From positions 868,001-932,000 of the forward strand of contig MU063738.1 in the NCBI GenBank assembly GCA_013265495.1: a DNA stretch of 64,000 nucleotides, read 5' to 3'. The stretch's first letter is position 1. Every line of letters begins with the position of its first letter. This document shows positions 49,026 through 62,744 of the stretch, piece after piece. The notes below the pieces were generated by a model. It was not told where the DNA came from, did not search any database, and was given only the letters and a program-made list of their open reading frames with translations. The stretch is from Vicugna vicugna (lineage: Eukaryota). The translations under genes and the position numbers were made by a program.

Positions 49026-51503
49026 AGGCCCAGGACGTGGACCGGGGGATGTGACTTCAGAGCCCACCTTCCCTCCTGGAGACTCGCTGGTCCCCTCACC
49101 CACAAAACACCAGAGATGGGGCCTGCCCCACCCGGCCCTGCCCGCCCCCAGCAAGGCCAGCTCACCTCCATTGTCCCTGCCCGGAACCACCCCCCAGCTC
49201 AGACAGGTGTCGGGACCTGCTTCTGCACATTCCCAGGATGACCTGCTTCATGTGAGGCTTGTAAGCCTCACCTAGAGGCAAGCTTGGGGCTGGCTGTCAC
49301 AGGCAGGTGTACGAAGAGGTCAGTCCTGCCAGGATCCCTTCATCCTTTCCTGCCGAGATGCGGCTGTGCCCGAGGGGAGGCCACCGCTGCCCCCCAGGCC
49401 AGGCCCACCAACTGCGTTCCCATGCGGCCAGCTGCTGAGGGGCTGCCACGATGTGAGCTGAGTCACAGCCTGGAACGCGACGCCTCCCAGGCCTCCCCCA
49501 GCCCCGGCCAAATCTGCCTCGGCACCCCCGACGCCCCCACTGCGGAAACGCCTTCTGCCAGTAAGTTCCCAGCACCAAGGTCCAGAGGCAGGCTCGGCCT
49601 TAGGGAAGCACGCTCGGCGCCCACCAAGCCCACGGCCTCGGCTGCCTGTCCTCCTGGGCTGACGGATGACCTTAACTTAAACGCTCTTCACCCGCAGGAG
49701 CCTCTGTTCCGACCTTGATGCTCTCGCCCCCAGTCTGAGGGCACAGGAGGAATCGAAGCCCTGCCTTCAGAGGCGCCCTAGTCTGATGGGCGAGCCCGGC
49801 TGCCAAGTTCACGGAGGCCAAGGCCGCGGGAGACAGCCCTCACCTCCAGGAAATCCCAAGCTGACGCGGGAGCCACAGCCCGGCCCTGAGGAGCCGCCAG
49901 CCTGATGCAAACAGCTCTGTCCTTGGATGTTCCCAATGTCGGGGGGGGGGGGACTCAGAAAGAAAACCCGGAGACGCGGAAGACGGACAGTCCCGCCAAC
50001 TCCCTGCAGGGCCGGTCACGTGCCGGCCCCTCTGCAGGCTAAGCTCCCTCACGACACTCACTCACAGCGAGGGGACGAAGCACGGAGGCTAGCTGCCCCG
50101 CTGGGAAGCAGCAGAACCGAGACTCAGCCCCGGCCTGCGCCTGCCCACGCCCGGCGCCAGCGTAGCTGCCGAGTGCCGGGCCGGCCGGTTCACCTGATGC
50201 CCCGTCAGCCCCGAGGCTGGACCTACCGCTCTTTCCACTCACACACGGCCGCTCCCACAACGCTGAAAAGTCACTACACGCAGGGCAGCTGATCGACAAC
50301 GTCCCACTGTCCCAGCAGGAAGGGGACTGCTGACACTGTCCCTTTAAAACAAAGAGGCGGACTCGGGGCAGAGCCTGTCCTCCCCGCAGGTCCTGTCCCC
50401 TGGGAGCTCGCACACCCTAGAGGCTCCCCGGGTCAAGGCAGATACACGGGGGTCAGAGTGCCCCAGCCTGGAGCCAGTCTCCAAGTGGACGCCCCGCTCA
50501 GGACCGCTGGAGGAGATGACCCTGGGAGCAGACGGGGAGCCTGCAGCGGTGGTGACCACTCTCCGCTGTGTGCCCCTGGGGCTGTCCTGGAACAGCCGCC
50601 TGGTCTCAGGGCTCAGGACACAGGCCTCGGAGCTACCCGCAGACCCTCTGTCCCCGGAAAGGGCTCTTTGGGGAGGGGAACCAGCAGAGCTACCCACGCA
50701 ACAGATCCAGCCTGTGGAAACCTCGGTTCCCTCCATGGGACAGTGACCTGGGCCCTGAGGGACCGGGAGGCAGGTTTTCCGTGAGTCCCTGCCCCTAAGG
50801 GACTGCCATGGGGCCAAGGACCCAGGCCCAGTGCCCATCCCGGCCCCCCCCCCGCCTCACTCTGGATGTGTCGTCCTCGGGCACCCAAACCCACCCCAGA
50901 CGCAGGGTCACCGGGCTCCTGCCTGCAGGGCGCTGGCCCAGGACGGCCAGGGCTGGGCCCTTCTGCACTGGGCAAGGGTCCTGGCTGGGCAGGGGCTGTG
51001 CTGATGGTGGGGGGAGGTCTGGCCCTGACAGAAGGGCCTCAGAACCCCAAAGGGTGGAGATTCGGAAGGAGCCTGGCCAGAAAGTCTCTGACCTTTGCCG
51101 CAGCCAAGAGCACCGTAGCCTGTTCCACACAGGGTCCCCCGGATCCCTGACGGGCTTTTCGCTCTGAAAATAAAGACTAAATGAAGCCAAAACGTTGCTG
51201 TTTGATGGAGGGTGGGGAGTGGTGGACGGAACACAATCAAGAGCAAGAGATGTGTTGACAGTGCCCAGAAAACGGAGACAACACAGCCTCCCGGGAGTCA
51301 GGCTGCCGGCTTGTGCTGCCGGACCTCCGTGCCGGCCCACCCTGCCTGGGACCCCCCACAGCAGCTCCAGAGCTGCCCCCAGACTTTCCTCCAGCCCAGA
51401 GAGGAGGGGGTGGCGCCGGGCCTGCCTCCCAGCCCCCAGGGCGCAGAGCTGCCCGCGGCTGCCCGCACCACCAGGGCGTGGGGCTGGCTTCTGCTGGGTG
51501 ACG

Positions 51504-51517
51504 GCGCCCTCTGGTGG
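51504..51517 (-). promoter_or_regulatory. CTCF core motif CCACCAGAGGGCGC
   Basis: Matches consensus CCASYAGRKGGCRS at all positions. Confidence 0.55.
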
Positions 51518-54074
51518 CGGCGACGGGAGGATGCAGGGACCTGAAGACAAAGGGCGACCCGTCCTCCCTCGGGCTCCCAGGATGCTCTGTGTGGCCGGCC
51601 TTCACTGAGCACCTACTGGGGGGTGGCACTGGGCCCCGCCCAGGGGAGGGGAGCAGACAGACCACTCTGCTCCCGAGGGCGCATGAAAGGAACCCAGCCC
51701 GGAGGGAGGTGACCTTCCACAGCTCCGGGGTGGCCGAGCCTCCCTCTCACACACTCCTGCCCCAGAGAGTCCCCAACAGGCACACCCGCCCCGCTGCCCA
51801 TCGCCTGCCCTGAAGCCCTGCTCCAGGCTCTCCCGGGGCCTCAGCCTCCCCTACCCCCGGCCAGTCTCTCCTATTGACCAGGAACTTCCCCAGGCGGGAG
51901 GTGGTGGGTAGAAGGCAAGACTTCCCGGCACCCGCTCCCACCACCACTGCATCCTCGCCAGCTCATGGACGCCTCCCGCAGGCCTGCCTGCACAGACTGA
52001 ACAGCCCGGGTTACAGAGGGAACTCTGACCCGGAGGCCGGGCCTGACCAAGACCTGCCCCTTCCCCGGGCCCCACGCCCTGCTGGGTGCCTTACGTGGGT
52101 GAGCTCACCCCGACCTCTGCCAGGCCAACAAGCTAGTTTAAGACGATCCCGTTACAGATGAGGGCACTGAGGGACATGGCGCCTGCACAGCGTCCTGACT
52201 AGGAGGCGGCTGTGGCTAGGCCCCCAGCTGCCCCACCCTTCTCACCCTCCCGCCCTCCCACAGGGCTCTACGCCCACCTCACAGCCCCTCCCCGGCCCCC
52301 AGGAGGCCTTTCCTCCTCCCTCTGCGAACCCCAGACCCGTGCAGATGTGAAGACGCAGTGCCCTGTTCCTCTTCATCCGTCCACTCCGACTGGAACAAAA
52401 TCCACACTGGACACTCAGGTCCCAGCGCCACTCCAGCAAAGGGACTGCAGCCCAGCCAGCCGTTTCCCGCTTTCAGTGCTCATTCCTTCCAGCCTAAGTG
52501 GTGCAGGCAAGGTGGGCCTCGGTGGGCCCACCTGGGAAGACCAAGAAGGGTCCCTGAGCGTCTGGTCACCAGCAAGGAGGCTTCAGGCGCGCATCCTGGG
52601 AAGGGCTGGGCGATTTCTGACCCGGCCCCCCCCACAACCCCGGGCTGATGCCAGGGGCCACCCAGTGGAGAGTCAGTGTCCTGAAACCAAGGCCTGACGG
52701 GGCCCCTGAGCCGCAGCCCACACGTCCAGAGCCCACGCATCAGGACTGCCACGTCTGCCCCTGCAGAGGCCCTGACAGAGTCAAGCCTGTCTTTCGGGGG
52801 CACTGATGATTTTCTCGGGCTCTTTGAGGAGATGGCACTTGAGACCCTAGCGTGTCTTCACACGGGAGAGTGAGGACAGTGCTCTCGGCCGGTCAGAAGG
52901 GGGACCCCCGGGAGGGGCCCAGAGTCTGTGGAGGGGGCAAGGGCTACCCTGGGACCCCTCCCGGACGAAGGCTGGGCCTGAAGAGCAGAGCGGAAGAGTC
53001 TGGGGGCTCCCTACCCCGGCCTGGAATGCCCAGCCCCCTTCACGCCCACTCTGCCTGACTCAGACCTGGAGCCGATGGGACCCACTTCCCAGGAGGCCTC
53101 CCCTCGGGCCCCCGCCCAGCGGCTACGATTCCCTCCTCTGCCCTCCACCGCCCTGAGCCCCCCCCGTGGCACTTACTACAACCGGACCATCCTTCATAAC
53201 CGAGCCCTGGACCCCCGTCCCGTGCCCAGCACAGTCCCAGGCTGTGGCAGGTGTTCCGTGAGTGACTGAGTGACAGTGAGTGAACATGGCACTTTCGTTC
53301 CTCGCTCTCAGCCTGAAACCCCGTCTCCCAGTCCACACCCCTCCTGGGCCCTTTCCACTGGCTGTTTGCATGAACGCAGACCGCAGGCGGAGCCACGCGC
53401 CAGCCCCTGAGCTGGCCCTAGGCCGCCCACTGACCCCCGCCCGGCCAGCTCTGCAGGGCCTTTCCTCCAGCACCAGGGACCCATCTGGCCCCTGGATCCC
53501 CAGGAGCCTCTTCCTCTTCTGGCCTCTCTTTCGGAAACACCTTTTTCCTGCCCCTTGGCTGCTGTGTTTCCTGCACAGGGAGAGGGGCTTCTGATTGGAG
53601 TGTTATTTATAGCAGGCCTCCCTCCTTCCAGGCCTCACGAGGTGAGGGCCCTCAGCCCAGGGGTGCAGACAGAGGTGCTCAGGACTGGCCAGGGTCCCGG
53701 CCGCCAGAGGAAGGAAGCTGGGCTCCCAAACAAGGGGCAGGATGAGAGGCACTGGCCGCCCCCAGCTCCCCGCACCTGGCAGTGACCCCACACCTCCCTC
53801 AGGTCCCCAGACTTGAACTCTCAGGACCCCAGAGGCAAAGAGCTACAGGATTTCGATCTGGAGAAGAACCTAGAGACCAAATCTGATGAGGAAACAGAGC
53901 CTCAGAAAGGGGGCACATCTGAACAAGGGCACACGCGGAGTCGAAGCAGGCCTTTCAGCCAGAACCGCCCGGACGCTGGCCCGGCTCACGGCGGTTACAA
54001 AGGGCCTCGCGTGCCGTCTCGTCCCACCTCACGAGGCAGGTGGTGTGCTAGGGGTTGAACTGTGTCATCAGAAA

Positions 54075-54490
54075 AAGAAACACTAACCATCGCAGGCTGT
54101 GACCTCGCTTGGAAACGGGGTCGCGACAGATGCCTTCAGTTCAGGTGAGGTCACCCTGGGGTAGGGCTGGCCTTATGAGCTGGGTGTCATTAGAGGAGGA
54201 AATGCGGGCACAGGTGGCCACGGGGGGACGAGAGAGGACCGCAGGGGGACGACGGCCTCGCGACAATGGATGCAGAGACGGGGGCGATGTGTCCAGCCGC
54301 CAAGGGCTGCCGGCAACACCAGGCGCCAGAAGAAGCAGGAAGGACCCTCCCCTGCAGGTCTAGAGGGGGCGCGGCCCTGCCGGCACCGCGAGCTCGGACT
54401 TCCAGCTCCCAGAACCGAGACGATCGGTTTCTGCTGCTGTAAGCTGCCCGTTTGCAGTGCTTTGTCGCGGTGGGTCCGGCAGATGGACAC
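54075..54490 (+). mobile_element. MaLR solo LTR (MLT1B/C-like)
   Basis: gtgacctcgcttggaaacggggtc...gggctgccggcaacaccag...ggacttccagctcccagaac...tttctgctgctgtaagc. Confidence 0.8.
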
Positions 54491-55139
54491 GTGCTGCGGT
54501 ACCCCTTTGCCGGCTGAGGACTCTGAGACTAAGGGAGGCCAGACATGTCACCGGCTCCACACTGAGGAGCAGCAGGCTCTTCCAGGAAGCCCGCGCGCCT
54601 CCTTGAGTCCCCTCTCTGCGTGTCCCTCCCACGGCTTCCCAGCCACTCTGCCCTGCCTTCCCTGCAGGCCTCCCTCGCCTGGACAGCCCACCTGCTGCCC
54701 GGCTCCCCTCTTGCAGTCCTCCAGTCCACTCAGTACCTGCTCTCGGAAGCCCACCTGTGCCAGGTCTGGAACAGGTGCTGGGGTCCCTCCAGTGACCAGA
54801 GCCCACCTGGAGCTACAGGCGCTTGGTCAGACACCCCTTGGAGCCTCTGGCTAAAGTCCCGCCCGCATCTCCCTGTTCCCACCTGCAGGGCCGACACTTC
54901 TGCGTCCAGGGCTCTGAACTTTCTATTCTGGGAGGGAAAGGTGGCTCCCAGTCCATGAAGGCATCGTGTCCACACACAGGGAGCCATGAAACAGGAGGTG
55001 GTCTGGGCACAGTGAGGAGACACTGCCGACCCCAGAGCATTCCAGCTTAGCTTCACTCTCCAAATCCCCGCAGAGACCCTCCTGGTGCGGGGAGGCGGGC
55101 CTGGGGCAGTGAGACAGGGCAAGAGCCCCCGCCTGGTGC

Positions 55140-55495
55140 ACCGACTGGCTTATCCGAACATCAGAAATTAAAAGGCACGAACTACATCCTTCAACACGGA
55201 CGAGTCTCAGAGACGGTACCCGGAGCGGAGGACGCGGACACAGAGCAGAACCCACCAAACGACCCCGCGTGTCCGACATTCAGGAACAGGCACCAGGGAT
55301 CCGGGTGATGAACGTCAGAAAGATGGAGGTGGGGGGGGCGCTGACAGGCGTGGGGGGGACGGGAGGAAACTCTGGGCTGGGGAGTGTTCTGCGTCTGATC
55401 GGGGAATGGTTAGGAAGGCACGTTCATGTGTTAAGCACATCACACTGGACACCTAGGGTTTGTGCACTTCCCTGTAACTCAAACCTCAATTAAAA
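55140..55495 (+). mobile_element. L1MC/ME-like 3' end
   Basis: aaaggcacgaactac...gtttgtgcacttccctgtaactcaaacctcaattaaaa. Confidence 0.65.
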
Positions 55496-57045
55496 CACGG
55501 CAGGGCAGGAAGGATTCCCGCCCTCGGGGCTGCAGGGGAGGCCAGCGCGGGGCTGGCGTGCGGGTGCTGGACGGCGGGGACAGCCTCCTGCTGCTGCTCT
55601 TAGACTGGAGGCTCGCTCGGCTGTGTCCATCTCCGGCTGCTCCAGGCAACCGCCCAGGTCTCTCTACAAAGAGGCAGATGGAAGCAAACAGGGAGCCAGC
55701 TCCCGTCCATGGGCCAGCGAGCGCGGCTCCTCCCGGCTCACAGATCAGGCCTGCCTTCCGCCTCGCCTCGAAGGCCTCCGGGCCGAGCCCTCCCTGGTGC
55801 CCAACTGCCAGGGAGACGGAAGCGCGGTGGCCCCAGCTGCACCCCGGCTCCTGGGGCTCGAGCTCAGCACTTCTAACCTGCTGCCTGCCCGTGGACTTTG
55901 CCTGGGCCACATCTGCGGCTCCTCCCCCAGAAGCTGGGGCAGCTCACAACGCCCTGGAAACGCAGCATGGCCAGATGACAGGCAGGCCTTGCCCAACAGC
56001 CCCCAGAGGCCTGCAGCCTGGAGCCCAGTGGGGCCCGGAGGGCTCGTATGTCTCAGAGCCCGTACCACTGCCTCCTCGTCCGTCGGACCCCCAGCAGGGA
56101 AGCACCCCCGACTGGCACACAAACACCCCTTCAGGGATGAACCCCCCAGAAGTGAGGTCTGCAGGACTGGGGAGCTGAGCGTTTGCGCTGTCTCCATCAC
56201 TGGCCCAGCCCGCATGTACCCTCCAAGGACCAGGGGCAGCGAGCCGCAGGGTGCCTGATCCGGGGGGTGCCCGGATGGAGAACGATGGTGGTGACCAGCA
56301 TCTGCTCCACGCCAGGCAGCTCGTGACACCCTCTGGGGCAGGACGACTGTCTCCATCCCACAGATGACGAGACGGAAGCCCAGGGGTGGCAGGGGCCAGG
56401 GCTGACTCTGAAGTCCACACGTTCCTCCACATCTCCTGCCCCAGGGACCCCGGGCCAGCGAGTGGCTGGGGGGCAGCAGATGGGCTCTCACCTGCGGGGA
56501 GACTCAGCGCCATGTGCAGGAGAGGGGGCGGACGCCCTGGCCGCCTGGCCCTCAGCTTATGGACAAGCTACCCCTTCCCTCGAGGAATCAAGACCAAGCG
56601 TTTCCTGAGCCCTCCTCTGGGCCAGGACCCAGCGAGGCCACTTCCAGCCCCACATCCCGCCGAGCGTGGCCCACTGGGCACTTCTGTGCCCTGGGCGGCG
56701 GCTCCCAGACACGTCGGCACGCCAGCCCCAAGCCAGCATCCCCGACACGGAGTCCTTTGTCTGCAACTGGACGTGGGTGGGAGTGTCCCGGCCTCTGTGG
56801 GGCTCAGCAGGGGCCCTTCCCACCCTCTTCCCACGGCCGCTCCAACCCTGTGGTCACTTTCTGGGCCTCCCTAGTGGCCTCCGATTCCTGTCTGTAGCCA
56901 GCAAGAGGAAGTGAGGCGATGACTCAGAGGTGTGATGGGGCCTTAGAGGAGCGTCTGGGCGACGACCCTGGGTGGGGAGCTAGGGCACAGCAGAGTCAGG
57001 GTGATTCCACGGGAGACGTGTAAACTGTCGCGGGGGCATACTCAC

Positions 57046-57129
57046 CCCGGAACAGCTAAGAAGCAAGTCTCAGTGTTTTGCCAGACTAACACAGGCCTGC
57101 ATTCAGGCCAAAGGCACTTAATTTCATCT
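57046..57129 (-). other. Candidate 5'UTR exon carrying uORF MKLSAFGLNAGLC*
   Basis: Acceptor ggctctctcctcag|A and donor GGG|GTGAGT. Confidence 0.22.
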
Positions 57130-57414
57130 CTGAGGAGAGAGCCAGAACGCAACCTGTAACACGTTCACAGTGTCGCTCGGACTGACTGGGTGACGCCTGC
57201 AACCGTGGTAACGTCGGGGACGCACCTTCACGTAGCTTTTCTTGAAAGGCAAATCTGAAGGACTGTCAACACAAACGCCACAGCAAAGTTAGCCACAAAA
57301 ACCCACTGTGATTTCTGCATTTGGGTAACCGATGTGACGCCTGTCGTTCAGGCCCACGGGCCATTAAAGAGGCTGCGCTCCTGTGCGTCCAGGCTGTGGG
57401 GGGCCTTGAGAGGC

Positions 57415-57610
57415 AAAGGTCAGGAGCCAGAGGCCTGAGTTCCCACCTGATTCCCTGAAGCTGTGTGGCTTTGGGCAAGTTACCTACCCTCTCTGAGTCC
57501 CGATTTCACCAGCTGTAGAAAGGGGAACGTCTGTCCTGCCACCTGGTAGCATTGCCACAAGGAGAAAATGAGGTGTTGGCTGCGAAGTCGTCAATGACGG
57601 CTGTTCCCTA
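57415..57610 (+). mobile_element. MIR
   Basis: gctgtgtggctttgggcaagttacctaccctctctgagtcccgatttc. Confidence 0.75.
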
Positions 57611-59224
57611 AACCAGAGGCGCTTCCGCAGTACAGACCTCAGGAGGGGCAGGAGGTGGGATCTGGGACCTGGGACTCCCGTCAGGCTCAGCTCCGCTCCA
57701 GGCTCAGGCCATGACTGCCCTGAGCGGTGTGGGTCCCACCCCCGCCCGTACATCCCCCGGGGCTACCTCTGCACTCAACCCGCCCCACCAGTTTCCAGAC
57801 AGAAGGCCCAGGCGCCCTTTTGAGGCCTGCAAGAAAATGTTCTGGGTTCCAAAACACACAATACAAGCACAGAACTGAAGCTGGCCAAGAGGACCGTGTC
57901 TGTCAAACGGAGCTGCGTATCAGCTGAATCGATAATTACCTTTACTTTTCATAAAGTGGGTTATATTTGAAAGTAACTGGCAGGTAAACTGTTTCTCACT
58001 TTGCAATAATGTCTGTCTGCGTTCAGGATTACCGAGAAATGGCCAAGATGAAATTATTAAGAAACGAACTGCCGAAGTCCAAATACTTTGGAAAGTTTTT
58101 AAAAATTTTTACGACAAAAATATCAACGCTTCCTTTGTGGTGTGGGGTGCACCGCACCCTCCGGGGTGCGCTGTATCCTGGGGCTCTGTCAGGGGAAGCC
58201 CAGCTGGCCTGCTCGGGCTGGGCTCAGTGCTGCAGGCCGCGCCCGGCCCTCTGCCCTGTCCCCCCTCTGCGTCCACACATCGAAACATCTGAATTCAAAC
58301 CTGCCTGCCTCACCACGCCTACGGGGGCCGCCACCACGCGGGCCAGAGACCGTATGACGCCCTCTCTGCCGGCCCCTCTCCCAGCCCCTCCTGCTGCCTG
58401 AAGAGCCCACGGTTACCAGTTCCTGCGCGGTTAGCCCACAGCGCCAGATAACGCGCTGACTGCACGACTCCCTGCCTTGTCACCTTTAGACAGTACCTAT
58501 CATTTCCCGACAAAAGAGTTGAAAGCAAGAATCTCTCTTTGCCTCCACTTCCTCCCACAACATTGGATTTTCATTCCTCTCATTGGTTATTTTGCACCTA
58601 TGATCTCAAGTCTGGGTTTCCTGTTTGGGGACGCTTTGAACCCCCTGACAAGACGAGGGTCCCAGAGACCCCCCTCAGTCACACAACACTGTATTCTCCA
58701 TTGCAGTCCGCCTGGCAGCCACAGCCACGCTGAGCCGGCTTCCAGATGACCAGCACAGGCCACCTGCAGCGTCTGAACCACGTGAGCATCGTGTAATACC
58801 AGCCTCGGGGGGCCCCGATCTCACTCTGCTCATCTGTAAGCAGGGACAGCCGAGCAGGTCCCCATGCCTCCCGAGGCAAGGAGGGCACAAGGGCTGTGAG
58901 TGACACTGAGAAGGCTTTCCGTGAGCGTAAGATCTTCTCTGTCTCTGGTTGTCCCAGGACGCACAGCCTGGAACCGCAGTGACGGCTCATCCTGGTACCC
59001 CGTCCCAACTTACGGGGTCACGACCTCCACCCCCCCTTTCTGGGGTTGGAAACTACAGCTCAGCCACAGCACGGCTCCCTAAGCGGGTATTTGGGGAACA
59101 ACTGGGGAGTCTGAATGCGGCCCATTTGCTAACTAGTTCTGTCACACTCAGCGTCGCCAGCTGGGACTGGGGCTGTGGGCCGTGGGCCCTTGCTCTTAGG
59201 AAACGCACGGGAAGCATTTAGGGG

Positions 59225-59410
59225 TTACGCGTGACCGTGTCAGCAGGTTATTTTCAAAGGGCTCAGGAAAGTTCTAGTACATACATGTATGTGGAGAGAG
59301 AGAGACAGTATCGCAGCAAAACATTACCCATCAGTGAGTCCACACATTCACGCGTCACTGACCTCCTCCACCGACTTGATGTTTTTCAAAATACAACATC
59401 ACGGGGAGAA
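59225..59410 (+). mobile_element. Old L1 3' end
   Basis: aaaacattacccatcagtgagtc...gtttttcaaaataca. Confidence 0.45.
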
Positions 59411-61499
59411 AACGTTCAACGTCGGAAGCAGCTTCCCGTGGCAGCGCCTCTCCCCTCCCTGGGGAGTCAGGTGCCGCCCCGACCCCACAGCTGCCACCGT
59501 CCCCCCAGAGAGGGGGTGGCTCTGCTGACGCCGTGCGAAGCCCCTGTGACGCCGCCCTGCCCCGAGCGGGGAGGGCGTGCGCGGTGTGGCGGTGCTGGGG
59601 GGGGGCAGGGACCCAGAACCTCCCCCAACAAGGGACAGGTGGAGCTGGGTCCCAGCTGGGGCTCCTCCCCCGGGCTCAGCTGTCTCCTTTGTTGAAAGGA
59701 GAGCAGACAGGACAGTTGGCATCTTAGCAGCTCCCAGAGACTCCTGCCCAGTCAACTCAATTATCTGCACCAATGAGCTGGGAAAAGAGGCACCACCGGT
59801 GACCGGCGTTGGCAGTCCTCTGCGGGACCTAGTCTGCGCTCTGCTGGAAGTCTGCGAAAAGCGAGGGGACACCCAAAGAGCACCAGGAGACATGAACAGT
59901 AAAGAGCAAAAGATGCTGTGGGACTCCCCCTGCTTTCTTCCTCCACGCCCCTCCTCGACGCCTGCTGCAGGAGGTCCACGAGCTGGAGAGAGCTGCTGTG
60001 CCCAGCTGGTAACGGCGATCTGCCCACGGAGGGTCTGTGCCAGGGAGCTCGGGACCAGGGGCCGCCTCCCACGCTGCACACGACGCGTTCGGACGGAGGT
60101 GGACCACGGCTTGTGCTGCGGGAGATCCCTACAACGGGGGGCCACGGGGGTTCTCACCCTGAGCACCCCAGGGGCCAGTCAGGCTCCACGGTCCCGCAGG
60201 GTCCAGCCGCTCTCCGACCAGGCTTCCCAAGCCGGCCGGGTGGCCGGGATCCCTGGGGCGGGGGAAGGAGGAAGGCGGGGGTCACGAAAGCGGGGGAGCA
60301 TGTGTTATGAGTGAGGCACCTTCATTCAGCTCTTCCTGGGACAGAAGCGGGGCCTCGGCGAGGTCTGCTGGCTGCCCCAAGCCCCACAGATGGCGCTGCT
60401 GACGCCGGGGGGAGACAGTGACTTCAACAGTATTTACTGGACACTCGTCGTGGGCCAAGGACCTTGCATGCAAAGTCAAGATCTGAACTTAAGTCCAGAC
60501 CTGGCTCGTTTCATGGTCCAGACTCTGCCTACGACGTCTCACCCGTCTCCTCAGGAAACACGCGAGAACACATCCAGCGAGGAAGACCTGGAGGAGACGG
60601 GGCTGCTGAGGGCAGAGGAAGAAACGGGGCGGCGCCCGGGGTGGTCTCTAGATGCGGAGGGCCGTCACCGCAGACTGCGGCACTGCTCCGCGTGGTGGAC
60701 TGCTGACCTCCTGCTTTGTCGCTTGGTGACGCCCACCACCCGCTGCTGTCTTCACCAAAGGGCGGCCGTCACACCCCGAGACTAACACAGGAGTAGCCTT
60801 GACGGACGAGAGCATCCCAACACGGGCCAAGATGCCGGGGGCCCCCAGCACCGGAGGGGCCCAAGGGCACGTTTCAGAGGGGCTGCTGTCTCTGAAGAGG
60901 GAACAGGGCGCCATGACAGTCACGGCTCTTTCTTTGAAGGTTTAATTCCACGAAGTTGGCATCCGTTCTACTTACAAGTTAACGTCAGAGGAGGGACGGG
61001 AAGCGGGTCACTCAGTGGTGAGGGAACTGCATCACTGAAGGTGGTGGCCAGCCAAGGGGTCCACCGAGTAGTTGGGACCCTCCCAGCGCTACAGACTCAC
61101 TGAGGGAGCTTTTAAAACAGAGCCCGGAGCTGCCATCCCAGCCAACCAAAGCTGACTCTCGGGCTGAGCCCCTGAACCGGCATCTTCCCGGAGCTCTCAG
61201 CGGACCCCAGCGCGCCGTCGAGACTGAACCACGGAGCCGGAGGCACGCAGCTCACGCTGGGGCCGCCGGGGCCCTCCGAGCCCCCAGTCAGCTCGCGTCT
61301 ACCCCTGGGCTGGTCAGACATCTCTGACATGGGGGCGGTGGCCAAGGGAGTGTTTGTAAGCCAAGAAGATCTGAGTCAAATCCTTCTAAGATGCCTCCCT
61401 TCAGTGCGGGTTGAGGTCCTTCAACCCTTCAAAGCCTCAGAGTCCTGGCTTTTCTAGTTACTGCAGAGGTTTCACAAGCTCACAGAGACTGAAGGTGGG

Positions 61500-61700
61500 T
61501 GGCGGTTCCAGAGGCTGGGGGGCAGGGGAGGGGGCGGAGAGCGACTGTGTAACAGGACAGAGTTCAGTCTGGGAGGATGACGAGGTTCTGGAGCAGGACG
61601 GCGACGCGGTGACACAGCCCTGCGGGCACACTCCGTGCCACCGAGCTGTGCACGTGAAGGGACTTAAGCGGCCAATTTTACCACAATAACCTTTTTAATG
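61500..61700 (+). mobile_element. L1MB-like 3' end
   Basis: agagttcagtctgggaggatgacgaggttctggag...aattttaccacaat. Confidence 0.8.
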
Positions 61701-62129
61701 TTTAAAGTGCAGTGACCTTAAAGAAAAATACAATACATGTGCATCAACCGCCCAACTACAGAATGTTTTAGCACTTTACACATTTTCTGCACTTTTTTAA
61801 ATAAAAGAAATGAAACTGTGCGTATTTTAAAGACAAGCTTTCAGAGGGAGGGACTCTGCCCAGGAAGCCAAGGGCACTTCAGCACAAGGAAACCAGGCAG
61901 CGCAGTGCACCACGACACACGGCGCCCTCAGCTGGCAGAGACAAGGCTCCCGGCAAAACCCAAGGCCCTCCGCGTCCACACGGCAGAGCACGTCTGGGAG
62001 CAACCCTCGGCCTTCGCCAAACGCAGAGGCGAAGGGCTGAAAGCTTGGCCTCTAAGACCAGAAGCCAGGTGGGCTGCCAGCTCCCGCCCCGGCCACTCCA
62101 CACTGGACTGGAGGCTCGGGCCAGAGTAG

Positions 62130-62370
62130 TCAGGGAAGGAAAAGAAAGAAGAGGCATCCGCGTTGGGAAAGAAGTCAGACTCTCTTCTCACAGCTGACAT
62201 GACTCTGCAGACGGAAAATCCCCCAGAGTCCACACACTGAAAAGCCCCAGTAGCTAACAAGCAAATGTCTCAGGCACACAAGAGCCACACGCAGATCAGC
62301 TGTGTTTCCGTAAACCAGCAGCGAGCAACGCCAAAGAGGAGGAGAACCAGCCCACGCGGGGGAGCGTTCG
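62130..62370 (+). mobile_element. L1 ORF2 reverse-transcriptase fragment
   Basis: LLTADMTLQTENP is a degenerate form of L1 LFADDMIVYLENP. Confidence 0.7.
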
Positions 62371-62744
62371 GGGCACCCGAGGACCGGCCATCAGAACGGT
62401 CTCAGGGCCCCTAGAAGGGGAAGCATCTCCTTGTTAACCGTCCTTGGCGTTGGCATGTGCACCAGCACCTTTAATTTTTCACGCCTATCCACACAGCTCC
62501 TACTAAAACCAAGCAGAGCAAACAGATCTGGTGGGGCGGGTGGGGTGCCGACCACACGGGGAGTGGGACCACCCCCACCCCCGGCAGGTCAGAGTGACCG
62601 GGGTCAGGGCCATCCTGCCTCCCTTCACGTCCCAAGAGTCACAGGAAGCTGGGAAGCACAGCCCCAGGCCCCTTGGAGGAAATCGGGCCTGAGTCAGCCT
62701 TCCTAGGAGGGGAGGGGACGGGCCAGGCCCAGGAAAGTGTTTAC

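Noticed and set aside
47988-49275. Overlapping 291-aa and 343-aa plus-strand ORFs
   Set aside because: They cross an MLT1 LTR and MIR relics; stop-codon scarcity is explained by GC content.
59577-60314. 245-aa plus and 255-aa minus overlapping ORFs
   Set aside because: Both strands open, no domain and no splice signals, so a compositional artefact.
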